NCBI GenBank assembly: GCA_951406725.2
Contig: OX597818.1
Span: forward strand, 22,072,001 to 22,136,000
Source: Octopus vulgaris
Lineage: Eukaryota
Length of the DNA: 64,000 nt
Reading direction: 5' to 3'
Shown: positions 11,888 to 25,275 of the stretch, one piece after another
Position numbering within the stretch: position 1 is the stretch's first letter
Layout of the letters: every line of letters starts with the position of its first letter
Position numbers and translations under genes: made by a program
The notes under the pieces: generated by a model
What the model was told of the DNA's origin: nothing
The model's input: the letters and a program-made list of their open reading frames with translations, nothing else
The model's database searches: none

Positions 11888-13809
11888 TATATACATATAT
11901 ACTCACATATTATATATATCTTTTATCTTTTACCTGTTTCAGTCAGTTGAATGCAGCCATGCTGGGGCAGTGCCTTGAACAAATCGACCCCAGGATTTAT
12001 GTTTTTTAAAACCTAGTACTTATTCTATCAGTGTCTTTTGTTGAACCGCTAATTTACGGGGGATGTAAACACACCAACACTAGTTGTCAAGTGGTGCTAT
12101 GGAACAAACATAGACACACACATATATATAGGACAGGCTTCTTTCAGTTTCAGCCAACCAAATCCATGAGTGGGACTGAACCTGGAAACATGTGTTTGAA
12201 AAACAAGCTTCTTAAAACTTACATATATATACATGCATACATATATATATATAGAGAGAGAGAAGGATTTCGTAAATATGTACAAAAAGGAGGGAAACAG
12301 TCGATTCTATCAACCCTAATACTTTTTATTTTATCGAGAAAGCTGAAAAGTGAAATCGACCTAGGTGGGAATTGAACTCAAAACATCAAAGGCTGTAACT
12401 ACCGCAAGGTATTTTTTGCGACGCTCTTGAGTGTGCTAAGCAACAAACAAAAAGGCGACGTTACACTTAAACATACTGGGAAATACATACACAATAAAAC
12501 AATAACAAAACAATGGTTATTGTTTGTATAGACTCAAACACAATATTTAGATTAAATATAACCGAACCAAGCAAGGCCATGGTGTGACAGCGTATGTGTA
12601 AATATATATATGTATATATACACACACACACACACACGAGAGAGAGAGGGGGAGAGAGAAAGAGAGAGAGAGGGAGAGAGAAAGAGAGGGAGAGAGAAAG
12701 AGAGAGAGAGAGAAAGAGAGACGCATATACATAAATGCAAACAGTAAAAAGTAAATGGATCTCTGTCGGTTTCGACGATGAGTCTTCCAGATATATGATC
12801 AACAAACTGAACTACTACTTGCAGTGTAAGTAGCGAGTATTTTTACAAACACTTGTACTTTAAACCGAATCCGCGTAACACAGTAATATTGTTGATATTT
12901 TGAATCATTAGATACAATCCTTTCAATGAATGGTCTAACAGACTTTCCATCTATAAAAATTTCACTTACAAAGCTTATTTGCTAAAATACCCCACTGCAT
13001 GGCACCTTGTGATTCAGAAACGAACTTCTTTAACCAGTCGGCCGTATATACACGTATCCATACGTAGGAGTAACAACGGTGAAAATTTTCAATTGTAATT
13101 ACAGGTACATTCACACACTCACACTCATATTGCAGTTTGCATGTATTTCGATTTACATATATGCTAACTCATGTATGTTGCTTATATAACTGTCATGTGG
13201 TCGGTCGTTGATCTAAATTTTATTACACGTATATATATACACGTTGATAAACATTTATAAAACACAGACACATATATTCATATTGACCGACACACATATA
13301 CTAGTCAGCGTCTTAATAAGTAGCAAGTTGGGAGAAAGGAGGAGAGAGTAAGGAGAGTGTAACTAACGGGGGTAGTACGACACACATTCATAATATCTAT
13401 GTAACATTGTCAGTCATGTATAAAAGTCTCTATGGAACATGTGCAGAGGAATATTCATTAAGCATTAAAAAAGGAAGGAAGGAAGGACATTAATGCCAAC
13501 AAAGAAGGTGTAGGGTGGGCTTCACTCGGATGGCTTATTTACATTGGAGGAGCAACTCATACATTCATTTCAGCAATCTTACGTGACAAACTGTTTCGTG
13601 TTTGATAAAATTACGGCTATTAGCCAAAAATTACACTGTCTCTGGAAGGAACTTGTATTTCGACTGCTACTTACGAGTGGAGAAGACTAAGTTATCAACA
13701 TCTGCTAGCGAAGAAACCATCAGCTACCGAAGAAATATATAAACAAACAGGACTCCGTATTTCGGTTTATTATAACTAAATAGTAGTTGGGAAAACAAAT
13801 CCAGCAAAG

Positions 13810-15270
13810 ATGAGTAAAGAAAAAAATCAAAAGGTTTTGAGAATGGATACTATGAATCCTTATGTAAAAGCAATGGAATATGCTGTGAGGGGACCGATTG
13901 TGATGCGAGCTAACGAAATAGAATTAGATTTGCGAGAAGGAAACAACAGCTACCCATTTGAGAAAATCGTCAAATCTAACATAGGGGATTGTCATGCCAC
14001 GGGACAAAAACCAATAACATTCATACGGCAATTAATGGCATTGTGTTTATATCCTGAATATCTTATGAACGATCCTAACTTCCCGAGTGATTGTAAAGAA
14101 CGGGCAAACCGAATTCTGAATGATTGTCGTGGAAAAAGTGTCGGATCTTACTCGAACAGCGAAGGGCTTCAAGTTATTCGAGAAGATGTAACGAGTTATA
14201 TCGAAGCTAGGGATGGTTTCCCGGCCTCTCCTGACAACATCATTATGACAACTGGCGCTAGTGATGGTATAAAAATTATTTTGAATATGTTAATGACTGG
14301 AGAACCCGGGAAAAAGAGAGCAGGTATCATGATACCAGTTCCTCAGTATCCTCTTTATTCAGCAACAATAACCGAATATAACGCGTATCCTATTTACTAC
14401 TACCTCGATGAAGACAATAACTGGGCTTTGAACCTAAAAGAAGTTGGAGCTGCTTACAACAAGGCAAAATTACATTGCCAGCCACGGGCCATTTGTGTAA
14501 TTAACCCGGGAAATCCAACTGGTCAAGTATTAACTAAAGAAAACATTTGCGATATCATTAAATTTGCTAAACAGGAGAAATTGTTTATTTTAGCGGACGA
14601 AGTCTATCAACATAATATATACGCAGATGGATTAGAGTTTCATTCATTCAAAAAAGTCCTTACAGAAATGGGTCCCGAATACAGCAATGTAGAGTTAGCT
14701 TCTTTTATGTCAGCATCAAAAGGATACATGGGAGAATGTGGCTTCCGAGGTGGCTACTGTGAATTAACTAACATCGACCCTGATGCGAAGAAAGTGATTA
14801 TGAAAAGCATCACTGCCCGTCTTTGTCCGCCTCTTATGGGTCAAATTGCCATCGCAGCAGTGGTTAACCCGCCTGTCAAAGGTGAACCTTCTTATGATCT
14901 TTTTATGAAAGAGAAAACTTTTGTGCTCAGCCAGCTTCAGAAGAAAGCTCGCCTAGTCACCGACACGTTCAAATCCATCCAAGGTTTTACGTGCAACGAA
15001 GTTCAAGGGGCAATGTATTGTTTTCCGCGCATCAACATACCAGAGAAGGCCATAACTCAAGCAAAGCAAAGAAACATGACTCCAGACAGCTTTTATTGTT
15101 ATGAACTGCTAGAAAACACTGGCATTTGTGTAATCCCTGGAAGTGGGTTTGGTCAACGCGCTGGTACATATCACTTTCGTATCACTATACTGCCACCCGA
15201 AGAAGAATTTAATAAAACAATAATCCGTTTTAAAGAATTCCATATGAATTTCTTAGCTAAATATCATTAA
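13810..15270 (+). CDS. GPT: Alanine aminotransferase (ALT/GPT family, PLP-dependent class I/II aminotransferase), uninterrupted CDS
   Basis: 486-aa ORF with ALT motifs EYAVRGPI, NIGD, GSYS, PVPQYPLYSA, VINPGNPTGQVL, ADEVYQ, the PLP-lysine motif SASKGYMGECGFRGG, QGAMY and PGSGFGQxxGTYHFR. GPT versus GPT2 orthology cannot be resolved by eye. Confidence 0.97.
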   Translation: MSKEKNQKVLRMDTMNPYVKAMEYAVRGPIVMRANEIELDLREGNNSYPFEKIVKSNIGDCHATGQKPITFIRQLMALCLYPEYLMNDPNFPSDCKERANRILNDCRGKSVGSYSNSEGLQVIREDVTSYIEARDGFPASPDNIIMTTGASDGIKIILNMLMTGEPGKKRAGIMIPVPQYPLYSATITEYNAYPIYYYLDEDNNWALNLKEVGAAYNKAKLHCQPRAICVINPGNPTGQVLTKENICDIIKFAKQEKLFILADEVYQHNIYADGLEFHSFKKVLTEMGPEYSNVELASFMSASKGYMGECGFRGGYCELTNIDPDAKKVIMKSITARLCPPLMGQIAIAAVVNPPVKGEPSYDLFMKEKTFVLSQLQKKARLVTDTFKSIQGFTCNEVQGAMYCFPRINIPEKAITQAKQRNMTPDSFYCYELLENTGICVIPGSGFGQRAGTYHFRITILPPEEEFNKTIIRFKEFHMNFLAKYH

Positions 15271-18080
15271 TGCTACAGTGGTAAGTAGATTTTCTTCTTC
15301 TTTGTAATGAGTGATCAGAAGAATCCGAAGAGCGTCGGACAAAACTTCTTTGTGGTGTGTAGTAGGGTCATTTTCATTCAAATCCTAACTAGGGTCCGCT
15401 TTACTTTTCAATCTTTCAAAGGCAGTAAAACAAGTACCAGTCACATATTGTGGTTGATTAAAGTGACTATACCCAGCTCCCACCTAATGTTGTGACTCTG
15501 TGTTTATGTTAGAGATTATATGTAAATGACAAGATTTCGCGCGTTGTTTGCCCTCAGCCAGCCAGCTCTGATGAAGCAGACCTATGATCAAAGATGTTCC
15601 AGCAGTGATTTTTACTGAAGGATCACCTTTACTTCTTTATTCAAACAAAGTATCTCAAACTTCATTATCTCATGTGTCCTTTTCTAAGATGTGAGGAGAG
15701 ATTTGGCTGCTATTTCTAGGAGGTTTAGCGACTCGTTGGTTCGAAGGAAACGACTGCTTGCGTTATATGAGTGGCTATCGAAGGCGTATCACATCACTCG
15801 TGACAATTTTTACCGTGTTGTCGAGTTTGAGCAGACTTGATCAAAGGCATTCCAATAATGACCTTCCCGTCCCCTTCTCAGACAATGCACTCGAAACTAC
15901 CTTATCCAGTAAGTCCTTTTCTAAGACGGGTAGATGTAATTTGGGAGATTTAGCCATTTCTTGCATGTCGATAGACTACATAACATCATTGTTTTCATTC
16001 ATGTGAAGTGGAATAAAAAAATAAGAATCTTATATCATGCATAATAACAATCCTACAAGGTATTGGGAGAAATTCTTTAATGTGATTTTTTAAAAAATCG
16101 AATTGAAAACTTAATAGGTCATAAGAAAAAAAATTACAGAAAAATAATTACATACAAACTTCACAAAAAAAGGATAATTAAAAGTTTAAAAACTCCAATT
16201 TAGTTAAAATAATGCAAAAACAGAGAAAATTTAGTAATAAATGATAAATCATGCCTTTTGTAATTTAGCTGTGTCCAAAGCTAATTTTCGAATTGAATGC
16301 ATTAGTAAATTCCAACGGGATGGGAGGAAAAACCAAGTTGATCTAGTGGGATTTGAAATTTGGAACCGCTTGAAATTATTTTTAGTGTAGTTTATTTGAA
16401 AAATCGTTAAAGTATTACACGCATAAAGTTTTGGTCTGCAGTGAGGTTGATTTAGCTTTTCAGCAACCTGGGGGGGTCGATGGAATAAGTAAAGTATTGG
16501 TATCGATTTATAATCGACTGGTCCCCTCCCGGAAAAGTTTTGACCTTGTGCTTGTATAAGAAATCAATAATCTCATGTAGTTTATTGTTTTGGTCATCTT
16601 TTTTGGTTCCTATTTTATATAAAATGATGCAATGCTTTAATGAATGCTTATGTGTGTGGTACAAGTTTGTTTTATGTATATTTTACATGTATTGCGAGTG
16701 TGTATAAAGCCATGTGGGTGGAACTGGTAGACGGAAACTGAAAGAAGCCCATAGTATATATATATATACATACTACGAGCTTCTTGTGTGTCTGTGTTTG
16801 TCCCCTCGAAACATTGCCGTGCCGAAACAAATAAAAGATGAAAAATAAAGGGGAAACTGAAAACACTTAAGCTTCAAAATTAAAAATATATAAGTTATTG
16901 AGTACTCTTTTTTTCCCATAAAGAAAGAGAGAGAAAGGATAAATTATAAATGTATCATTTTTTTTAAAGAATTGAATAAGTTGTAAGTGAAAGCGAAAGA
17001 TTAGTAAAATAACTTAGAACGTTTTGTAATAAAAATCGAAAGAAATAATGAAATGTACTTCGAGTTGGTCTCCTTATACGTGAAATATATTTCCTTCGTT
17101 TGTTTAAAAGTAAAATTACAAAAACAAGATAAGAACTGAATGAGAGAAATGCATGTATCTATACAAAAAGATGGAGACAGGAAATAAGAAAGAAGTTAAC
17201 CGCAGTGAATGAAACCGTAGAAAGTGAGCTATGGGTTTTATGCAAAGATGGGTGTTGAAATCGAAAAATAAAAGCAACACTTTTATTTAAATATATTAAC
17301 ATATAATTTTTTTTAAAGATGATATTTTGATTTTATCATAATCCAAAAGTTCACTTGGAGTTTTGGTTACATATATAGAAATACTGGCATTAGCACCATG
17401 ACAAATATTAGTCAACCTGCGACCCTCGTTACTTTCGGAATAGTACGCCTAACGAAAAATTACCTTGAATTTTTTAGTTGGGTGGACCACCAGATGATGA
17501 GCCATGTCTTGTGTGCCTGCTTCTTAGAAAAAGTTGTCTATACCTAATATATATATATATATATATATACAAGCAAAAATACTGTTCTGCAGATGTTTTT
17601 TCTGTCATTCATTATAACAGGGACACTCACACACATATGAACATTGTCGAAGAGTCATTTAATAATACTCTCACTTGTATGCAAATACATACATCATCAT
17701 TATTTCATGAACTCTCCATAAATCCTAAAATTTTGGCTTTTTTCAAAATGTTTTTTTAATCATAGTCTTAAAATCTGCAATTTTAAAACTGTAAATCTGC
17801 AATTTGTTTCTGTTTATAATTTCAAAATAATTTTGGGATGAAAAGGTGTATGATTTAAGAGAGAAGAGATTTGGCTGTTGTTTATAGCACATCCTGCAAC
17901 TACTAGATACCTTCCTCATTTCTTTGTCACTCTGACATATATTGATGTTTTTTCAATATTTTTCTCCCCACAAACACATTTTATGGAATGATGCAATGAT
18001 CCATTGCTGAGATTTAAGCAACAACAAAAAATTTGAAATTCAAATTTTTAACCCCCACCCTGCTTCAAGTAAATCCATGT

Positions 18081-18116
<36 letters not shown>

Positions 18117-18439
18117 AAAAACATTTACCTAACAGAAAAGTATAGCATTAAAATAAATCATTTTTTACAATTGTGGTGCCCCAGCATGGCTGCATTTCTG
18201 AGCTGAAACTAAAAGAAAAATATACCCTTTTCAAAATCACTGTTATCAAATGAAATTCCTTACACACACACTCAGCATGAGTGATATACTTTTATAGAGA
18301 ATGAGAGAGAGTGTGGTAAAAAAAATATATAGGGAGGGAGAAAGTTTACCATGGTGTTCAACCACAAACGATATTGACTACTATCTGTTGAGTGTTGATG
18401 GTGGAATGAGAGTTATTGTGATAATGTGGACAACTATCT

Positions 18440-20050
18440 TCTATGTTATTGTTCATCATCATTGACATTTATTTGAGGGGTGAAGAATTTACCTAAATTG
18501 TTTGATGTTTATGGTGAATCTCTCTTTGTACAGCTTAGTGTATGAACTGAGCTTATTCTATGACTATAATTAAGGTTGTTATCAGCAAATACTTACAGAC
18601 CTTCTCGAAGTGCTAATTCTTGAGCAATATTTTTTGCAGTCAATTTAAGTAGAATTGTTGAAATTTCCATATTCTCATTTGTACTTTTAGCCTGGCCTAC
18701 TTCTAACTGCATCAGTTCTTCACCAGATTAACTTTCTCTATGTGGCACTAACAACTCAACTATATCACCTTAATATGGCTTCTTCAAACCCTATATCATT
18801 TGTATATCTAACAATATCTTTCCAAATTTGATATGGACTTCTGCATGAAACATCTTGTGAAGTTACCTGATACAGTCTGGCCATATATGTTTCCAAGTAC
18901 CATTTAAAGGTGAGGGTGTCACTTCATCCCATAACTCAGTTGTGTTATCCACAATATCTATTATGTTAAACTTTTTCCAGAAGTATCTAATTGTAGATTT
19001 ATCTTCCCTATCAATTGCTTTAATAAGTTTGTTTGAAAGTTTTTCTAAGATAATATACCTTGAAGTTAACTGTCACACCTTAATCTGTTGGCTTGAGCAA
19101 GGAAGTATTCTTAGGAATATTTTCTCCTCTCGCATGATCAGAAAAGTCATCTAAGTTCACTGGGTAGCTTGGTGCATTGTCTAAAAAGAGCAATGCTTTG
19201 GTGGAAACATAGTGTCTTTTTTCAACCAAAGGCAAATTAAACTTTGTATAATCATTGAAAGCTCTTGAATTTTTGGAGTGATACATAAGTGGATGCTTTC
19301 ATTTCATATCACCAATGGCATTTCCTCCTTTAAGAAGCTTCATACAATTTTTGGAAGCTTTACATTCTACTGCTGATATTTATTTCCGAGAAATAAAAGT
19401 TCTAGCTGGAATGAACTTCTAGAAAAGTGCAGTTTCATCAATGCTGTAAATGCACTCTGGTATGTATCACCCTCCTACTATAATTTTTTCAACTTCTTAG
19501 AATAGTTAGTGACAGCCTTTATATCAGTACTGGCTGCTTTATCAGTCATTTTTATATGATGTGCAAACTCAAGCACTTCTTAAACCTTTCAAACCAGTCT
19601 TTATGAACCAGAAAATGTTTCTTCATTAGAAGTTTCACCCTTTCCTTTACTGAAAATCAACCTACAAACTTTTGGTGTTTTTTTTTTGGTGTTTATCATC
19701 ATGCTTATTGGCAAAATGCATTGAGTCTGATCCTTGCTCCATATACCCGAGAGTTGTCCCATTTTAAGCATCATATTAAATCTATGAAAAAGTAAGGTCC
19801 CTGCAATTACTGGAGTAACTTCTTGAGCACTTGGCTTAATTTTGTCCTTATTGTCACGTATTGTCCAACTGCAGACATTGCAAGCTTTATTTTTTTTTTC
19901 TTTTGGCAATGAGGCTAATTTTTTTTTATCCTGCACCAGGTCTTTAAAAATACCAAGTTTAATATGCAGTGGATTCCTTTTACAGTTCCTTTTCACACTA
20001 CTACCTTCAATTTTGCTTGATGGCATCTTTGCAGACATCTTTAATTTAAG
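18440..20050 (-). mobile_element. Decayed pogo/Tigger-like transposase (CENP-B-type HTH + DDE_1)
   Basis: Fragments KRNPLHIKL...WTIRDNKDKIK, IYSIDETALF, LLFLDNAPSYP and PKNTSLLKPTD, with many stops and frameshifts. Confidence 0.8.
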
Positions 20051-20896
20051 ATAGCAGTCTGTAACTACTATTTTCAGCAGGTTGAGTGACCATGTATGAT
20101 ATGTTCAATAAAATTGTCTTCCTCTCTCTCTATTTTATACATTCTGCTTTATATCTTCAGGTAAGGTGGTTGAACTAACATGCTAATCTGTTTCATCAGT
20201 GTGCCTTGCATGATATTTGTGATAGTGTGAATTCTGCTTTACATAGTTTGAGTGGGCACTAGTAAGAGAAGTTTTCTTTTTTTTTTCAGCCACATATATA
20301 CATACTGATGCATAGTCATCATCATACAATAGATAGGATACATTTACATATGTACCTCCCCGTTTGTGTGTCATATTATGCATAGTATATTGAATATTAG
20401 GTATTAAGCTTTTAGCGGGTAGCTGAAAAACTAGTGCTTTGTTACGTTTTATGCTGTGTGACAGTCAACCTGTTTTGCTTAGGGGATCTTACTAATGAAA
20501 CCAAATTACAGTATTGGTCTATTTTTTACATTAACAATACAGTAGAAAGAAAATAGGTCAGGAGAGCATTCTGCATAATAAAGAAAGTTAAGTCCTCTCC
20601 TATATAATATAGTGAGTTGAAAAACTTCAATCAGCTAAGATTTTTCATGTTATCCATCCATCCATTCATGTTCTCTGCCCACTATTTCTGAGAAGATTAT
20701 GGGGGTAGGATTCTATGGCACCTCCTCCATAGGGTCCTACCACAAGCAACCATCATAAAACCTTCCAGTTGGACTCCCAAACATGTCAAACTGAGACTAT
20801 GAGTATATTCAACCATGTACTCAAGAGACACAAATCCTCTCTGAATGGTTAAAATCAAAGAACAAAATGCAAGGGAGTCAACTCCAATAATATCAG

Positions 20897-21278
20897 GCAC
20901 AGGAGTGGCTGTGTAGTAAGTAGCTTGCTTACCAACCACATGATTTCGGGTTCATTCTCACTGCATGGCACCTTGGGCAAGTGTCTTCTACGATAGCTTC
21001 TGGCCGACCAAAGCCTTGTGAGTGGATTTGGTAGACAGAAACTGAAAGAAGCCCGCCGTATATATGAATATATATATATATGAATGTGTGTGTATATGTT
21101 TGTGTCTTTGTTTGTTCCCCAACATTGCTTGACAACTGATGGTGGTGTGTTTATGTCCCCGTAACTTAGTGGTTTGGCAAAAGAGACTGCCAGAATAAGT
21201 CCTGGGTTGATTTGCTCAACTAAAGGCGGTGCTCCAGCATGGCCACAGTCAAATGACTGAGACAAGTAAAGGAGTAAA
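20897..21278 (+). mobile_element. Full-length tRNA-derived SINE with a CORE-like motif (dominant family in the window)
   Basis: Head GGAGTGGCTGTGTAGTAAG...CGGGTTCATTCTCAC, CORE-like CCTTGGGCAAGT, an internal TA/TG microsatellite, and tail GACTGAGACAAGTAAAGGAGTAAAAGA. Confidence 0.85.
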
Positions 21279-21595
21279 AGAATTGAAAATTTAGAGATAC
21301 AGAAAATACTGTATATTTCAACATATGTATAATCCTATTGTATTTTCTAAGTTTTATCCGCTTGGAATATAAGGATTTAGCTTGATTTATTGAACATCTT
21401 AACACACATTATTTTTAATATTTGTTGGGTTTTTTTTTTTTGGTAAATTGAGTGAAATTGTTCAATAGAGAATATATATTTTTTTTGTGACATAATTTAT
21501 TATGTTATTATGAGAATGTATATTATCGATTACTTTCATTTAGCACTCTTTGCTAAAACAAAACCCAATGTAAGCTACTAAGAAAACCTTTATGG

Positions 21596-21813
21596 CAGTG
21601 GTTCCCAAACTTTGTCGGGCTGCTGCCCCCTCTCTTTCTGAATCAAATTCAAAGCAACTGTGTTTCACGAATAATATTTAACCAAATGAATCCATTATTT
21701 TGTTGTTCTTACACGAATCGCTACCTCATAATCGCCCCACTTTTCCTCAACGCCCCCTTGGAACTTTCCATCGCCCCCAGGGGGAACAATACCGCACACT
21801 TTGGGAACCACTT
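21596..21813. mobile_element. hAT (Charlie-like) MITE
   Basis: Termini CAGTGGTTCCCAAA and TTTGGGAACCACTT. The 8-bp flanks CTTTATGG and CTCTACAG are a degenerate match. Confidence 0.7.
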
Positions 21814-22749
21814 CTCTACAGGGTCAATTGACCAGCTAGAAATAGCAGTCGAATCTCTCTCAAGTCACATTACAATCTTAAAAAAAGGAAAGATATATTA
21901 TATAATGTAGTCATAAGTATACTATGTCTGAAAACATCTAACATAGTGTTGGATTTTGCTTTCAGTCAAGAGTATCTTTGTTAATGTAGACAGTGTATAG
22001 TTTGTTGGAAGGTTTATGATAAAAAAGATTATCTTCTTCAGTATTAAGAAACTAAAGCATTTGATAATAAAAGTAAATCAATGGAAATCATGTCTTTCTA
22101 CGAGAAAATTTAATTATATCACTTCTTTTATATTTCAAAGGAAGATAACAAGATATGAGTTTACTCATAATTATTATTGTGAATTTGGCTCATCTTAGCA
22201 AGAATCTGGTTGTTTGGCATTAGTTTTCACTTTTGTCTTTGATAAAATAAATAATTTTTGGTTCTCTTATTGAGCTATCAACCACAATGGGATAGAATGT
22301 TTTATTTCATTGGAACTGCCCCCAGAATATCCTCCCATATGCAAATGGTTAAATACTATAATAAATTATTCAGTTTTATCTTATGATATAAGATTAAATA
22401 TCAGAAACATTCTATTGAGTTACATGGAGCATTCAAAAGAAAATCATTTTAATCTGAAAGTGAAAGAGCCAATTCAAACATTACAGTGATGGCAAAGTTT
22501 GAGGTGAGAACTTCAGCTAATGATAGTAACTCGCTTATTGTAACTCCATCAATATTCTATGTTTTAGTTACTTCACTTTTAGATTAGAGTTGTTTCTTTT
22601 CTTTGAATATTTCATTGTACTTAATTAGATAATGACTCTAAATTCTTTAGTATTTGATGAACATGTATTTTCTTTTTTTTTTACAATCATATAAACCTGT
22701 TTTGAGCTTTTTTTGTTTCATCTAATGGCTCGCTTCATACATCAACATT

Positions 22750-23900
22750 TCTATCTAAATGGCAGAACCACAGTTCTATTAATTAAATTCCAACCACTAA
22801 GAACGGAAATGTTTTCTTGTATAGGCTGGTCTTGTAATATCCTCAAACAAAATTTTCTATATTGGTTACTGATGTAATTCACAAGACCTGAAGTTAATTT
22901 AAAAACTAGATCCAGATGCAGAACTGTAACATCTGAGAAAGCAATCAAGCTAAGAATTCAGGAAGAATCTGAAGGTATTCAGTTTCTTAGCCATATCTGT
23001 TGCCAAATAAGATGTTCTCTTTGAACCAAGGATTTGTACTTTTACGAGCATATTAACCAAGCTAACTCAAAGCTCTCTCTACTGAAGGTGCTGCATATTA
23101 CAGGATACATGATCTAAACTAGAAATATACTTGTGCTTCTTGAAGATTGAAGGCTCACAGGATCAAATTGAGTGAGCAGGTGGTGTAAGGATTGCTATCA
23201 GCATAACTATGAATGTGGAGGCACATGGCTTAGTGGTTAGGGTGTCAGCACCATGATCGTAAGATTGTGGTTTTGATTCCTGGACTGGGTGATTCGTTGT
23301 GTTCTTGAGCAAAACACTTCATTTCACGTTGTTCCAGTCCACTCAGCTGGTAAAAACGAACAATCCTGCGATAGACTGGCGTCCCGTCCAGTTGGGGAAC
23401 ACATACGCCATAGAAACTGGGAAACCGGGCCCATGAGCCTGGCTAGGCTTTAAAAGGGTGCATTTATTTATCATAACTATGATTGGTGAATTGTTGCTCT
23501 GTACATATTCAGCATTATAAAAATTTGCTGTTTGTGAGTTTATCAGTATGATGCTAATACTTTGCTGTTGATAATTTGCTAAAATATTGCACTTGTATGT
23601 GTAGATCAAATCAATGTACAGGGTATAACTGTATTGGACAAAGTGATGTCTTCAGCATTATGCTATCATTCACAGTATTTTTTTGATCCTGTCACTGGAG
23701 AATATACTTAAAGCATTGATTAAGAGTGGCGGATACTGCTGATTTGGTGATGAAAGAGACAAAGGAGTATTTGCTTGACATCCACCTTAGATATATTAGT
23801 GGAGATCAAACTATGCAGAATCTTCGCACAATGGAAAAGACCTGAATTTCTAAGTGAACCTATTGCTCAGCAACATGTTGAGAGTTTTAGTCTTAAGTAA
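22750..23900 (+). pseudogene. Highly decayed Merlin/ISXO2 (IS1016-like) transposase remnant, interrupted by a SINE
   Basis: Hand translation gives ICCQIRCSL*TKDLYF...SKLSLLKVL, then DQIE*AGGVRIAI (compare IGGxGxxVxIDE), then GYNCIG...QHYAIIHS.FFDPVTGEYT*SID*EW (compare HxxVNHSxxFVDPxTGxHTxxIExxW). Confidence 0.65.
23213..23471 (+). mobile_element. tRNA-derived SINE with an 11-bp TSD
   Basis: A box TGGCTTAGTGG and B-like GGTTTTGATTCC. CATAACTATGA at 23202-23212 and 23472-23482. Confidence 0.88.
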
Positions 23901-24949
23901 CTTAGATGAAGATTAAAAGCAGTGAAATAATTTGGCATATTTTATCTAATTTTCTCTTATTTAACTTCTGACTGTGAGAATAAAAATGGAATTATATCTC
24001 TTATTTTAGAAGAATTGTTGTTTAGTCTTGTCAGATTAGAAGGCTAATTGTCAGATTAGAAGGCTAAATCAGCTGAAAACATTCTGTCATTGCTGAGAGT
24101 CAAATAACAAAGCTGATTATAATTTATTTACAGACTAAATTTTTTTTTTTTAAATTCACTGGCAAAACAAGCTAATTGCTTTTCAGAGTGAATCTGATTC
24201 ACAATGATAACCTTGAGAAATTAACGTCCTATTCTTTTCTTTAGAAAGATTGAATAATTTGGCTTATTTTTTAAAACAATAGATGAATGAGTTAAAAAAA
24301 TTCACATAAAAAATTGAATAGATGAATTAAATGTTTCCATGGCGCTGCTTGCTATACAATGCGACTCCTATTGATTTACTTTCATTATCAAATGCCTTCA
24401 TTCTTTAATACTGAAATATAAAGATAATCACTTCTTTATCATATAACTTTTCACTGAAGACTCAATGCCTATATTGACAAAAACACTCTTGGCTGAAAGC
24501 ACAGTCCAACACTTGTGGTGGATGATTTCAAACATCCTGCACTTAAAACTACATTATACAATGATATATCTTTCTTTTGAAATTTGTGTGATTTGAGAGA
24601 GATTCAACTGCTATTTCTTGCAGGTTTATTAACCAAGTAGAGTTTCTAAACTAAGTCAGTCAACCTGCTAGAAATAGGAAAGTCATGTAGGCTCATGTTG
24701 AATTTTGTTTTCCATCAAAAGTGTTTTTGTTGTAATATTTAAAGCATTAAATGTATCTAATTAAAAAAAAAAACCCTTTAAAAACAGGAATCATCTGAAG
24801 TAGTTATAATACATCGACAACAGCAAGCTAGTTTCACAGCAGCTGTGGAAGGAGCAAAGCCTGAGATTTTTGAGACGATCCCAATAGTCAAAGCTTGTCA
24901 TGTCATCCCCTGCAGACCTCCACCAAGCAGCTCATTTTAAGATAGATAC

Positions 24950-25275
24950 GCGAGTAAAATTACTAACAGAGAAATGAAAATAAACTTTGGAAACAGCAAC
25001 GCCACCATAGGTTACGTTGAAACAATGAACGTGTTTTCATGGAGATAATCAAAGGACATAACATTGTAATACTTCATGTAAAATGAAAAATCCTTCAAGA
25101 ATCCATAAAAATTCCCAGATCACTACCAAAATTTCATCATCTGTTCCTTGTATCATTATCACCTTTTCCTGCTAATTTCATCAAATACCGTTTGCAATTT
25201 TTTGAGTTATTTTGCACACAGACGGACAAACCAATGCTGATGAAAACATAACCTCCTTCCTTGGTGGAGGTAATA
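24950..25275 (+). mobile_element. Possible Helitron/Helentron-type non-autonomous element end
   Basis: ACAGACGGACAAAC...GAAAACATA followed by a terminal hairpin ACCTCC-TTCCTTGGT-GGAGGT. Family assignment is from memory and uncertain. Confidence 0.4.

Noticed and set aside
15566-15600. CTGATGA as a hammerhead core (also at 25233 and 27578)
   Set aside because: No helix II followed by GAAA and an NUH site in the right arrangement.
17464-17545. Minus-strand exon ending at AAG|GTAATT
   Set aside because: No convincing acceptor or recognisable protein similarity.
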